The notes under the pieces were generated by a model. That model ran no database searches. It saw only the letters and a program-made list of their open reading frames with translations, and was not told the DNA's origin. Made by a program: the position numbers and the translations under genes. Below, in pieces: positions 8,583-17,845 of a stretch of 64,000 bases of DNA. Within the stretch, counting starts at the first letter, position 1; every line of letters begins with the position of its first letter. Source of the stretch: an uncultured Christensenella sp. (GTDB taxonomy: Bacteria; Bacillota; Clostridia; Christensenellales; DTU072); NCBI GenBank assembly GCA_964418255.1, contig CAYQKV010000002.1, positions 108,421 to 172,420 of the forward strand, in the 5' to 3' direction.

Positions 8583-9422
8583 CTATACGGACGGGTCGTC
8601 GCGGTAGAGTTCGTTAAAAGATTTTTTAATCCCGTTATGCTTGTATCCGAGAATTTTATCGATAATTACGTTGTTTGCCGCGGTGAAAATGTTCTTTTCC
8701 GCGACGGGGTTATATTCGGTGAGAACTTTTATCAGTTCCTTCGTCTTTTTGCGCTGAGAGACGGTTTCCGGGTTGCTTTGAGCGTCCTTTTCGGTGAAAC
8801 GGCACGCGCATTGCAGGAATTTTAGTCCGTGATACTCCGACCACGCGATTATGTCTTTTTCTCTTATAAGGTACATCGGGCGTATGAGTTCCATACCTTC
8901 GAAATTTTGACTTCTCAGTTTCGGAAGCATAGTCTGGAACGCGCCCGCGTTGAGCATACTCAAAAGCGTGGTTGCGATAACATCGTCGAAATGGTGCCCG
9001 AGAGCTATTTTATTGCAACCCAAATCGCGCGCAATAGAGTACAACGCGCCTCGGCGCATTTTCGCGCAGAGGTAGCAGGCGATTTTGCCTTGCGAAGCGG
9101 TTACTTCGAAAATGTTGCTGTCTTTTATTTCGGCGGGAATGCCGAGAAGGGTTATATTACTTTTGATTAGTTCGAGATTTTCCTCGTTGTAACCGGGGTT
9201 CATAACAAGATAGGTTACGTCGAAAGGAATATTCGAATGGCGGTGAAGTTCCTGAAAAAGTTTGGCGAGAAGCATCGAGTCTTTTCCGCCCGAAATGCAA
9301 ACGCAGATACGGTCGTTTTCTTCGACGAGTTCGTATTCCTTTACCGCTTTGGTGAACTTCGACCAAAGACGGGAACGGAAGTTGGTGATTATGCTTTTTT
9401 CGATGTTTTGTACGTCCGACAT
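8583..9422 (-). CDS. ttcA: tRNA 2-thiocytidine synthetase TtcA-like PP-loop ATPase
   Basis: PP-loop SGGKDS (CVCISGGKDSML), plus CYLCAKMRRG and CACRF cysteine motifs. The track starts at 9473, but the internal ATG at 9422 (MSDVQNIEK) is more plausible. Confidence 0.8.
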   Translation of the reverse strand: MSDVQNIEKSIITNFRSRLWSKFTKAVKEYELVEENDRICVCISGGKDSMLLAKLFQELHRHSNIPFDVTYLVMNPGYNEENLELIKSNITLLGIPAEIKDSNIFEVTASQGKIACYLCAKMRRGALYSIARDLGCNKIALGHHFDDVIATTLLSMLNAGAFQTMLPKLRSQNFEGMELIRPMYLIREKDIIAWSEYHGLKFLQCACRFTEKDAQSNPETVSQRKKTKELIKVLTEYNPVAEKNIFTAANNVIIDKILGYKHNGIKKSFNELYRDDPSV

Positions 9423-9562
9423 ATTTTCCTTACGGCGGAAATTGTACCAAAAAATATTTCCCGTGTCAAACAAGGTAAACGGTCGAACACTTTGTACTTG
9501 CCTGTCTGCGCTTTTGCGTGTATAATAAGATTAAAACACATAAAAACTTACGGAGTGGAACA

Positions 9563-10690
9563 ATGAAAAAAATTCTCGTTGCCGCAGACTCGTTCAAAGG
9601 CTCGCTGTCCTCTAAGGAAATCGCGGATATTTTCGCGGAACAGGCGAGAGAAGAAAATTTGGACGCGGTCGTTACGGGCGTGAGCATAGCCGACGGCGGG
9701 GAAGGAACGCTTGACGCGGTTTTGTCTTGCGGAAAGTACAGGGAAGTAAAAATCGTCTGCCGCAATCCGCTGTTTGACGATGTCACGGCAAGATACGCGC
9801 TCGGAAACGGCGAAGCCGTGGTGGAAATGGCGGAAGCGTCGGGGCTGACTCTCATAGATTACGCCGACGGAAACGCTTTGAAGACGACTACGTACGGAAC
9901 GGGAGAACTCATCGCCGACGCGGTAAAGAACGGCGCGAAACACGTCTACGTATGCGTGGGCGGAAGCGCAACCAACGACGGCGGAGCGGGCGCGCTGTCC
10001 GCGCTCGGGGTTAAATTTTTCGACGAAAAGGGCGACGTTTTCCTTCCCATAGGCGGGACGCTCGATAAAATAAGCGGCGCGGATACTGAGGGATTGAAAA
10101 AATACGACGGCGTGAAATTTACGTTGGTTGCCGACGTCGACAACCCTTTGCTCGGAAAGACGGGCGCGACTATGTTTTACGGCGGACAGAAAGGCGCGGT
10201 CGGGAAAGATTTCGAAGTCCTCGAAAACGGAATGAAAAATTACGCCGAAGTGACGGAAAAAGTTACGGGCGCGAGTATCGGAGAAATGAAGAGCGCGGGC
10301 GCGGCGGGCGGACTCGCGGGGGGATTGATTGCATACCTCGGCGCGGAAGTGCGGAGCGGGATAGGAACCGTGTTGGAAATCATCGGGTTTGACAAATACC
10401 TTGACGGAAAGGACGCTGTCGTTACGGGAGAGGGCAGGATAGACGAACAGTCTCTGCACGGGAAAGCGGTGTGCGGCGTGTGCGCGGCGGCGCGGAAGAA
10501 AAACGCGGCGATTTACGCGATAGCGGGGTGCACGAGTTTAAGCGCGGAGCGGTACGAAGAGATAGGAATACGGCATATAGAAACACTCGTAAGCTATGCG
10601 GAATCGGCGGAAGACTCGATAAACAACGCGAAAAAATACGCGGAAAAAGCGGCGAAAAAATTATTGAAAATCATTTGCGAGGAGGAGTAA
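9563..10690 (+). CDS. glxK: Glycerate kinase
   Basis: N-terminus MKKILVAADSFKGSLSS is typical of the glycerate kinase family. Also GGSATNDGGAG and TGEGRID motifs. The ATG at 9563 is preceded by cggagtgg. Confidence 0.85.
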   Translation: MKKILVAADSFKGSLSSKEIADIFAEQAREENLDAVVTGVSIADGGEGTLDAVLSCGKYREVKIVCRNPLFDDVTARYALGNGEAVVEMAEASGLTLIDYADGNALKTTTYGTGELIADAVKNGAKHVYVCVGGSATNDGGAGALSALGVKFFDEKGDVFLPIGGTLDKISGADTEGLKKYDGVKFTLVADVDNPLLGKTGATMFYGGQKGAVGKDFEVLENGMKNYAEVTEKVTGASIGEMKSAGAAGGLAGGLIAYLGAEVRSGIGTVLEIIGFDKYLDGKDAVVTGEGRIDEQSLHGKAVCGVCAAARKKNAAIYAIAGCTSLSAERYEEIGIRHIETLVSYAESAEDSINNAKKYAEKAAKKLLKIICEEE

Positions 10691-10691
10691 A

Positions 10692-11594
10692 ATGAAAAAA
10701 GAGGAATTGAAAGAATTAGTCGGAAGAATGGAAAAATTCGAATTGACCGACGAAGAAAGAGCGAAGAAAAACGGTAAATTTATCAAACTTCCGAGCGGAA
10801 ATATCCATTACGAAATCAAAGGAGAAGGGGAAACCGTCGTGCTTGTGCACGGCTACGCCACCCCTTATTATCTCTATGATAAACTGTTCGACAGGCTGGT
10901 GAGCGCAGGATACAAAGTACTTCGGTACGACCTTCCGGGAAGAGGATACTCGGAAAGAGTGGATACGGTTTATTCGCCCGAATTTTTTGCAAAAAACCTC
11001 GACGAACTCACGAGCGCGCTATTAGGCGATGAAAAGTTTTATCTTGCGGGAACGAGTATGGGCGGTACGATTTGCGCCGCGTTCTGCGCGATGAGACCGG
11101 AAAAAGTCAAAAAACTCATTCTGCTCGCCCCTGCGGGAATGGATACGTTCAAAGCGCCCGCTTATATGAAACTTTGTAAAATAAAAGGTTTCGGCGAGTT
11201 CCTTTTCTACAACGTCGCAGGGAAAATTCTGTTGAAAAAATGCGCCTCGGAAATGTACTTCTCTCCCGAAGAAGACAAGGACGAATATATGCGCCTCTTT
11301 GCGGACGCGGCGCAATATAAAGATTTCTTAAAATGCACGCTTTCGTCGCTCAGAAACACGATTTTGAGAACCGATATAGCGATAAAAGGATACAAAGAAG
11401 TGGCTAAAAACGGAATTCCCGTACTTTGCATATGGGGAACGGCGGATAAGACGATGCCTTACTATCAGCACGAAAGACTGCTTGAAGTATGCCCGCAGAC
11501 GAAACTGATAACTTATGAAAATTCGGGACATATTTTCCTGTACGACGAGGGAGAAAGAACGGCGGACGACGTCCTCGAATTCATAAAGGGTTAG
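10692..11594 (+). CDS. Alpha/beta-fold hydrolase
   Basis: HG oxyanion motif (VLVHGY), nucleophile elbow GTSMGG, and a C-terminal His (SGHIFLYDE). Confidence 0.8.
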   Translation: MKKEELKELVGRMEKFELTDEERAKKNGKFIKLPSGNIHYEIKGEGETVVLVHGYATPYYLYDKLFDRLVSAGYKVLRYDLPGRGYSERVDTVYSPEFFAKNLDELTSALLGDEKFYLAGTSMGGTICAAFCAMRPEKVKKLILLAPAGMDTFKAPAYMKLCKIKGFGEFLFYNVAGKILLKKCASEMYFSPEEDKDEYMRLFADAAQYKDFLKCTLSSLRNTILRTDIAIKGYKEVAKNGIPVLCIWGTADKTMPYYQHERLLEVCPQTKLITYENSGHIFLYDEGERTADDVLEFIKG

Positions 11595-11620
11595 AAAGAA
11601 AGTTTTTAAGAAGAAATGTT

Positions 11621-11648
11621 AAAGGCGCGGCGAACTTGCCGCGCCTTT
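11621..11648. terminator. Bidirectional terminator between convergent hydrolase and cupin genes
   Basis: Stem aaaggcgcggc/gccgcgccttt. Confidence 0.7.
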
Positions 11649-11665
11649 ATGAGTTTTGCGACAGA

Positions 11666-12016
11666 TTAAACGATAGCGTCGGTCATAGTGTAGTTTTCAA
11701 GAGAACCCGCTTTTGTCTGAATACAGATATATTTCAAAGATTGCGTGGACGAAGCGAAAAACTGTCTCTTTGCCGCGGGAGAAACGCGAAGCCAGTCGCC
11801 GGCTTTCAAGGCGATTTCTTCTCCGTCTATCACGGCGACGCCTTCTCCGTCGAGAATTCCGTAGACCTCTTCGTTTTGTTTGTGAGAATGGATAAAAGGA
11901 ACGCTTGCGCCCGCGGGCAGTACGTTAATACTGATTTCCGAACCCGAGAGGTTGAGTTTGTCGTGAAGTTCCGCGCGCGGTTCTTCCGCCACGCCGTATT
12001 TGGTGTAATTTGTCAT
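11666..12016 (-). CDS. Cupin-domain protein
   Basis: 116 aa. Cupin motifs around PFIHSHKQNEEVY and GDWLRVSP. Confidence 0.75.
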   Translation of the reverse strand: MTNYTKYGVAEEPRAELHDKLNLSGSEISINVLPAGASVPFIHSHKQNEEVYGILDGEGVAVIDGEEIALKAGDWLRVSPAAKRQFFASSTQSLKYICIQTKAGSLENYTMTDAIV

Positions 12017-12179
12017 AGTAATACCTCCGAAACGATTTTATTTTGCAACTTTTACTTGTTACGTTTTCAGTATAGCAAAAGAACACCGATAAGACGTGAA
12101 GGTTACTTTTTTATTATCGGATAATAAATTGGTTACAAGGTTACTTTTGGGAAACCTTTGGGAATTTCCGATACTTTTT

Positions 12180-12977
12180 TCAGTAAGGTTTTCGGGAAAT
12201 TTCGAACGCGTCCGTAAGTTTGTCGGGGAAACAATCTTCGTTTAACGAATGTTTTCGACGGTATTTTATGCCGTAGGCGTTCAGTCCGTAAAAAGCCGCG
12301 ATAAACGCGCAGAGAGCGACGCAGACTCCTACGTAGTACAGCGCAAGTTGCCAGCCGAGGAGGGACGCGCCTTGCGGGAACAGGAATTGCAAAATCTGCC
12401 CGTCCGTTATCTTTATTATTATGGGTTTTCCTTCGGTCTGACTGTAATTTGTGCAACCGTAAATCAACCAGGAATAACCGACCATAAGAGCAATACCTAT
12501 AAAATGCTGATATACGGTTTTCTTGAATTCATAGCGACGAACGTTGGCGAGCATAAGCATACCGCCTGCGAAAAGCATATGGTGGTTGATGATAGCCATA
12601 GCAAACAGGAACTTGCTTTCTTCGCCGTTTACAAAACTATCGGGAGAAATCCAGAAGGAAACCGAATAGAAAAAGCCTGCGAGTATCGCCGTAAACGCCG
12701 CGAAACAGTCGCACTTTTTTATGCGGAAAGTCGTGAATATTCCGAATATGAAATAACTGAGCGCGGAAAATTCCACGGGAAAATGCATATGGCGACCTAT
12801 CGCTTGCCAGTAGAGATATTCGCATATTTTGTAGACTAATAGAAACGCGCCGATGGCATAAGCCGTCGCGTAACTCGCTTTCGGAGATTTGCGTAAAAAA
12901 ATTATTCCGACGTTTATTGCGATAAACAGTAAAAAGATTAGTAAACCGCAATACCAGTATTGATTATTTCCAAACAT
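12180..12977 (-). CDS. Integral membrane protein, function unknown
   Basis: 265 aa with about 7 hydrophobic segments. No motif recognised. Confidence 0.6.
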   Translation of the reverse strand: MFGNNQYWYCGLLIFLLFIAINVGIIFLRKSPKASYATAYAIGAFLLVYKICEYLYWQAIGRHMHFPVEFSALSYFIFGIFTTFRIKKCDCFAAFTAILAGFFYSVSFWISPDSFVNGEESKFLFAMAIINHHMLFAGGMLMLANVRRYEFKKTVYQHFIGIALMVGYSWLIYGCTNYSQTEGKPIIIKITDGQILQFLFPQGASLLGWQLALYYVGVCVALCAFIAAFYGLNAYGIKYRRKHSLNEDCFPDKLTDAFEISRKPY

Positions 12978-13252
12978 TATTCATTGTCGCCTAACTATTG
13001 TAGATAATGATTATATAATAATTTTGTCGAGAAAGCAAGACAAATTAAAATTGATTGTTCGTCGCGCACCGTTCCAACGGAGATATAGCGGAGTAATTCT
13101 TCGTGTTTTTATCTTTCATATTTAGAAAGCCGCCTGTTAATGAAATGTCGCAAAAGCGACATAAAATATCTTTCGATGTGAAATACGGCAAAAGCCGTGT
13201 GAAATAAAATTCGCCTTTTGCTTGATACTTTTTTGGTATAAAGGGACGTAAA

Positions 13253-13392
13253 AAATGAAGTCGCTGTCGCTAATGAAGACGTTACGCTAATGAAAAATGA
13301 AGCGAAGCGCCACCATAATTAGCGCAATTTTTGCGCGACTTCATTAGGCGAAGCCGTCTTCATTCTTCATTCAACAAAAGTGGCGCTTCATT
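13253..13392. repeat. Cluster of convergent AATGAAG motifs (3 on the + strand, then 4 on the - strand)
   Basis: The + strand carries aatgaagtcgc, aatgaagacg and aatgaagcg..gcgccac. Their complements follow in the same order: gcgacttcatt, cgtcttcatt(cttcatt), gtggcgcttcatt. Confidence 0.5.
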
Positions 13393-13393
13393 T

Positions 13394-13427
13394 CAAACCC
13401 CCCTTTGAAAAAACAAAGGGGGGTTTG
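13394..13427 (-). other. GC-rich perfect hairpin closing the structured segment downstream of tRNA-Leu
   Basis: caaacccccctttg / caaaggggggtttg with a tttttt loop. No clear U-tail after the stem. Confidence 0.4.
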
Positions 13428-13428
13428 A

Positions 13429-13572
13429 TGGTGCCGATGGTGGGGGTCGCTCCGACATCCGAACTTTGTTCGGACTTCGCGGTTAACACCGCTACGCAGA
13501 CCACGCTGTGTCTATCACGCCGGGGCGGACGACAACTCATCGGATTGTCGTTTAATCCGCCCGTTCGACCCC
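13429..13572 (-). ncRNA. Candidate 144-nt structured RNA, or att-bounded remnant, ending in a copy of the tRNA-Leu 3' end
   Basis: Closing stem GGGGTCG/CGACCCC. Internal helices GGGCGGA/TCCGCCC, ACGACAA/TTGTCGT, GCGGT/ACCGC and TCCGAAC/GTTCGGA. The last 21 nt are identical to the tRNA-Leu 3' end including CCA. Class not recognised. Confidence 0.3.
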
Positions 13573-13584
13573 ATAAAATATATC

Positions 13585-13622
13585 AAGAAATAAAATAATC
13601 CGAGATTTTATCTCGGATTATT
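13585..13622 (-). terminator. Rho-independent terminator after tRNA-Leu
   Basis: Stem aataatccgaga/tctcggattatt, followed on the minus strand by ttttatttctt. Confidence 0.7.
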
Positions 13623-13627
13623 TTATT

Positions 13628-13714
13628 TGGTGCCGATGGTGGGGGTCGAACCCACACGATGTTGCCATCACGGGATTTTGAGTCCCGCGCGTCTGCCAGT
13701 TCCACCACATCGGC
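13628..13714 (-). tRNA. tRNA-Leu (anticodon CAA), type II with long variable arm, CCA encoded
   Basis: Manual cloverleaf: acceptor GCCGATG/CATCGGC, anticodon stem CGGGA/TCCCG with loop CTCAAAA, variable arm TGATGGCAACATCGT, T arm GTGGG-TTCGACC-CCCAC, and terminal ACCA. Confidence 0.9.
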
Positions 13715-13809
13715 TTGAAATGTATTATTATATTATCACATATTTTTTCGCGTGGCAAGCGTTACGGCGTTTTTTTCACTGATTTTTAGTTCGCCTGACT
13801 TTGCCTTTT

Positions 13810-14337
13810 TCAGTCTATGAGCATTTCGACGTACGTTTTGTATACTTCGGGCGCGGTTTCCTGCCATTTCGTGGCTACGCTGTTTGCTTTCGCTTTGGTC
13901 GGAACGGTGAATTTCAGCTCGAACATAGTGGTTTCTCCGTTCAGCACCATACAGTTTACGGAATAAGTTCCGTCGGGGTTTTGCTCGTTCGTGCAGACAA
14001 ACTCCTGTTTTTTGCGGTATTCCAGCTTATTGTTGCGTATGTATTCCGCCACGTCGTCGCGCACGGATTTGAAAATACTGCTGTAAAAATAACTCAGACA
14101 GACTTTTCCGTCTTCGCTTATCGTCAGCAAACTGTCGTTTTTGTTGTGCGGGTCGGGTTTGGAGAAAACGAAACGCGCGCCGACGAGTTCGTCTATAAAA
14201 TGGGCGAAGCAAAAGTACGGAACCCAGTTGTTTTCCACGCAGCACATTTGCGTGAGCAACTCCTGATTTATCGGGGTTTCGTATTTGTCAAGTATAAACA
14301 ATATCAATAATTTATTCTTTATATCTTCGTCAATCAT
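13810..14337 (-). CDS. DUF4364-family protein (putative regulator)
   Basis: 175 aa. The N-terminal NKLLILFILDKYETPINQELLTQ pattern matches my memory of DUF4364 proteins. Confidence 0.55.
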   Translation of the reverse strand: MIDEDIKNKLLILFILDKYETPINQELLTQMCCVENNWVPYFCFAHFIDELVGARFVFSKPDPHNKNDSLLTISEDGKVCLSYFYSSIFKSVRDDVAEYIRNNKLEYRKKQEFVCTNEQNPDGTYSVNCMVLNGETTMFELKFTVPTKAKANSVATKWQETAPEVYKTYVEMLID

Positions 14338-14542
14338 TTCTAAAAAAGTATACAGATTTTACTTCGTTTTGTCAAATCAACCGCGATAATAAAACCGATA
14401 AAAAACGGCGGTCGCAATATCTTGTACCGCGAAAAGTGTCAGGTCACAATTTTATCCGTTTTATCTGTCGCGAAGAATTATTTTTACGATTGCGCTTTAC
14501 CTGTGCGTATTATCGTTCGGCAAGGCGCGCTTTAACATATTT

Positions 14543-15043
14543 CTATTTATTCGTGCTTCCGAACCCGCCGTTGCGTTCGCCCGTGGCTTCGTCGTCCGTC
14601 GTTATTCCGAACTGCAGGAAAATTCCCTGGCAAAAGCCGCCGCCTTTTTTTACGGTTAACGCCTTGTTTTCGCGGGAATCATTGGTTATTTTGCAAAAAA
14701 TATGCCCTTGATTATCGCTTTCATAGTAGTCCGCGTCGATTATTCCCACGGTGTTGTCGAGTTGCATTCTGAACTTAAAACCGAGTCCGCTTCTCGGAAA
14801 GAGCGCGAGCACCCAGCCGTCCGCGATTTTAACCCGTATTCCCGTCGGAATTTTCACGCTTTCTCCTGCGGACAGCGAAAATTCGTACGGGGCGTAAAAG
14901 TCATATCCCGCGCTTCCTTTCGTCGCGCGTTTCGGAAGAATGATTTCGTCGTAAATTTCCTTTATTTTGTCGTCGGAAACGCCGTTAAAAGCCTTTTTGT
15001 ATTCGTCGAAACTTACTTTTTCGAACCTTGCGATTTTTTCCAT
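14543..15043 (-). CDS. dut: dUTP diphosphatase (trimeric dUTPase family)
   Basis: Motifs KGSAGYDF, PRSG, GIIDADY and the C-terminal GGFGSTN. Confidence 0.8.
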   Translation of the reverse strand: MEKIARFEKVSFDEYKKAFNGVSDDKIKEIYDEIILPKRATKGSAGYDFYAPYEFSLSAGESVKIPTGIRVKIADGWVLALFPRSGLGFKFRMQLDNTVGIIDADYYESDNQGHIFCKITNDSRENKALTVKKGGGFCQGIFLQFGITTDDEATGERNGGFGSTNK

Positions 15044-15049
15044 ATTGCC

Positions 15050-16399
15050 TCAGTTTTTATGCGCCCATACGGGAGCGGGAATTCTTCCTCCGCGGGCGAT
15101 AAAAGCGGCGGGGGAGAACTTGCTTATCGGCATTATCGGCGCGCTTCCGAGGAGTCCGCCGAAATCGACCGAGCCTTCTTCTTTTCCGCATACGGGGATA
15201 ACTCTTACCGCCGTCGTTTTGCCGTTTACCATACCGATTGCCGCTTCGTCGGCAATAAGCGCGGAGATTACCTCTTTGCTCGTGCTGCCCGGGACGGCTA
15301 TCATATCCAGTCCGACGGAGCATACCGCCGTCATCGCTTCGAGTTTTTCTATTTTCAACGCGCCGCGTTTTACGGCGTTAATCATTCCTATATCTTCGCT
15401 TACGGGGATAAACGCGCCGCTGAGCCCTCCGACGTGGCTCGTCGCCATAAATCCGCCTTTTTTAACCGCGTCGTTCAGAAGGGCAAGGCACGCCGTCGTG
15501 CCGCAAGCTCCTACGCTTTCAAGACCTATTTCTTCGAGAATGTGCGCGACGGAGTCGCCCATAACGGGAGTGGGGGCAAGGCTTAAATCCACTATGCCGA
15601 AGTTGGCGTTAAGGCGTTTCGACGCTTCGAGCGCGACGAACTGACCTACGCGCGTGATTTTATACGCGATTTTTTTAACCGTTTCCGCTACCGTCGTGAG
15701 GTCGGCGCCTTTGACTTGTTCGAGGGCGGCTTTGACTACGCCCGGACCGCTTACGCCTACGTTAATTACCGCGTCCGCTTCTCCTACGCCGTGAAACGCG
15801 CCCGCCATAAACGGATTGTCTTCCACCGCGTTGGCGAAAACGACGAGCTTCGCGCAACCGATACTTCCGTCGTCGCGCGTCTTTTCCGCGGTTTTTTTGA
15901 TTATGTCGCCCATTAAAGCGACCGCGTCCATATTTATACCCGTGCGCGTGGAAGCCACGTTTACCGACGAACAGAGTTTTTTCGTGGAAGCGAGGGTGTC
16001 GGGAATGGTTTCGATAAATTTTTTCTCGTAGTCGGTCATACCTTTATGGACGAGGGCGGTGTAGCCGCCGATAAAGTCCACGCCGCAGACTTCCGAGCAT
16101 TTGTCGAGAACCGCCGCGACTTTTTCCGAACCGCCCGTTCTTGCCGTTATGAGGCTGACGGGAGTAACGGAAATGCGCTTGTTTACTATCGGAATGCCCG
16201 TTTCTTTCGCTATGTCGTCCGCGGTTTTTACGAGTGAACCCGCGTAAGAGGTTATTTTATCGTATACGTTGGCGCAGGTCTCTTCCACAGTGCCGCCTAC
16301 GCAGTCGAAAAGGGAAATGCCCATAGTGACGGTACGCACGTCAAGGTGTTGCGCGTTTACCATACGGTTTGTTTCGAGAACTTCGTTAATGGAAATCAT
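15050..16399 (-). CDS. UPF0210 (DUF711/PFL-like) family protein
   Basis: 449 aa. N-terminus ...VLETNRMV....[12 protein letters not shown] is typical of UPF0210. Paired with an upstream ACT-domain gene, as is usual for this family. Confidence 0.8.
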   Translation of the reverse strand: MISINEVLETNRMVNAQHLDVRTVTMGISLFDCVGGTVEETCANVYDKITSYAGSLVKTADDIAKETGIPIVNKRISVTPVSLITARTGGSEKVAAVLDKCSEVCGVDFIGGYTALVHKGMTDYEKKFIETIPDTLASTKKLCSSVNVASTRTGINMDAVALMGDIIKKTAEKTRDDGSIGCAKLVVFANAVEDNPFMAGAFHGVGEADAVINVGVSGPGVVKAALEQVKGADLTTVAETVKKIAYKITRVGQFVALEASKRLNANFGIVDLSLAPTPVMGDSVAHILEEIGLESVGACGTTACLALLNDAVKKGGFMATSHVGGLSGAFIPVSEDIGMINAVKRGALKIEKLEAMTAVCSVGLDMIAVPGSTSKEVISALIADEAAIGMVNGKTTAVRVIPVCGKEEGSVDFGGLLGSAPIMPISKFSPAAFIARGGRIPAPVWAHKN

Positions 16400-16410
16400 A
16401 ATTTACCGCC

Positions 16411-16680
16411 TTAAATTCTGTGCATCGCCTGGAAAATCGCTTCGCTTTGAATACGTATGTCTACGCCGATGGAAGAGCCTACCTCTTTGAGTTTGCTGTC
16501 TATGCCGTCGAAGGCAAGGTTCGCTTCGCCGAGGTCGACGAGCATAATCATAGTGAAATAGTCCTGCATAATCGTCTGGGATATGTCCTCGACGTTTACG
16601 TTCATTTCCCATAAAGCGGTCGTCACCTTTGCGATTATACCGCGCTTGTCCGTGCCGATAACTGATACAATTGCTTTCAT
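16411..16680 (-). CDS. ACT-domain protein (UPF0237 family)
   Basis: MKAIVSVIGTDKRGIIAKVT... is an ACT fold signature. The ATG at 16680 is preferred over the track start at 16740. Confidence 0.8.
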   Translation of the reverse strand: MKAIVSVIGTDKRGIIAKVTTALWEMNVNVEDISQTIMQDYFTMIMLVDLGEANLAFDGIDSKLKEVGSSIGVDIRIQSEAIFQAMHRI

Positions 16681-16793
16681 TTTTTCTCCGTTACACCGTT
16701 TTTTTTCTGCTATTATACCAAATTTCCCACAATAAGACAACCGTTTACAAAATAAAACAAAATATTACACGCACCCGAGTCCATAATCAGTTT

Positions 16794-17318
16794 ATGAAAC
16801 CGAGAAAGAAACTAAAAAAAGATAACGGGACGAAAACAGACGAAGCGATGCTGATAAAACAGCAGGCTGAAAGAATAGAAGAATTAAGAGAGGAAAACCG
16901 CGCGCTCGAACTGTCTCTGGAAAGTTACAGAAACAGGGAAAAGGAAATCGTCGCTACGCTCGAATTCGCTAAAAAGAAAGGCGAAGAGTACGTCGCTATG
17001 GTAAGGGTAAAATACGCCCTCGAATGCGACCGTCTCGCAAGGTTCAGAACGAAACTCAAAGCATATAGGACGAAAGAAGAATTGATAAAGGGTTATGACG
17101 ACGCTTACGGACAGCTCAAAGAATGGCAGAACGAACTCGAACAGGCTATCGCGAAAGACTTCGGCAACCCGATGAAAGACTACCTCGGCGAAAGAAAAAG
17201 ATTAAACGACGAACCCGCCCTTAATTACGGCGCGATTATCGGAGAGGGAACGACCGACCTCGAAAACGCAACGCAGATAAGCGAAGAGGAACTTAAAGAA
17301 TTACTTGAACAGATATAA
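16794..17318 (+). CDS. Coiled-coil protein, DivIVA-domain-like
   Basis: Charged heptad-rich sequence (EELREENRALELSLESYRNREKEIVATLEFAKKKGEEY). The ATG at 16794 is preferred over the track start at 16671, which overlaps the ACT gene promoter region. Confidence 0.5.
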   Translation: MKPRKKLKKDNGTKTDEAMLIKQQAERIEELREENRALELSLESYRNREKEIVATLEFAKKKGEEYVAMVRVKYALECDRLARFRTKLKAYRTKEELIKGYDDAYGQLKEWQNELEQAIAKDFGNPMKDYLGERKRLNDEPALNYGAIIGEGTTDLENATQISEEELKELLEQI

Positions 17319-17325
17319 ACGCAAG

Positions 17326-17531
17326 GCTTCCGACCAGTCGTTGCGCGGAGATTTTCCGTCAGTCGCTAACGCTTTGTGCCGATAAAATTTTGTATCCGCG
17401 CAAGTCGGACTTCCGCGGAAGCAAAATGACACATTTTGCTTAATAGTTTAGTTCGCAAGGGGTTTACGCCCCTTGCTCGAACCCCATAAGGGCAAAAAGC
17501 GAAAAGTGCGATTTTCACTTTTTGGGTATTT
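17326..17531 (-). repeat. Structured repeat element, subfamily 1, copy 2 (orientation A on - strand)
   Basis: Reverse complement aligns end to end with 6148-6346. Helices ttgcgcgga/tccgcgcaa, ggaagcaaaatg/cattttgctt, gcaagggg/ccccttgc and caaaaagtgaaaa/ttttcgctttttg. Confidence 0.85.
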
Positions 17532-17672
17532 TGACGTAAAACTTATCGGGTCACCCCGCCCGCCCACCCGATAGAGTGGGTGTTTTTTATCTGTTATCCT
17601 TATCCGCTTTATTTCACTTTATTTACAGAGATACTTAATTAGGGAGAAAACTATAATAAACAATACGAAAGA

Positions 17673-17825
17673 TTTTTGTAAGGGAAGAGCGCGAGAGGGG
17701 AGAAACTTTTTGCTAAAAAAGGTTTCCTCTCTCGCAATTTTAACATACCAACTTACGAAAAGTTTTTGTAAAGAGGGAGCACGAGGGAGAAGAAACTTTT
17801 TGTCAAAAAAGGTTTTCGCCCTCGT
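17673..17825. repeat. Two 'empty' inverted-repeat hairpin units (the same arms that flank subfamily-2 cores, but without a core)
   Basis: Unit 1 (17673-17735): gcgagaggggagaaac-tttttgctaaaaaag-gtttcctctctcgc. Unit 2 (17763-17825): acgagggagaagaaac-tttttgtcaaaaaag-gttttcgccctcgt. About 85-90 bp spacing, continuing into the full element at 17846. Confidence 0.7.
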
Positions 17826-17845
17826 AAACTCTCTAATAAAATTTT

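Noticed and set aside
13429-13572. Second tRNA, tmRNA or SRP RNA downstream of tRNA-Leu
   Set aside because: There is no 5' acceptor strand (GCCGATG) to pair with the copied 3' end and no T-arm pairing. The segment is far too short for tmRNA and has no tag-reading frame. It lacks the SRP helix-8 GGAA/AGCA motif.
14702-15644. Plus-strand ORFs 14702..15586 and 14967..15644, opposite dut and the UPF0210 gene
   Set aside because: They are antisense artefacts, and the minus-strand genes have clear family motifs.
17560-17640. C-rich motif cccgcccgccc ... ttatccgctt, seen next to the H1 end of two subfamily-1 copies (also at 48181-48225)
   Set aside because: The similarity is short and gapped. Its orientation relative to the adjacent element differs between the two sites, and it is absent at the other copies. 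It is not convincing as part of the element.
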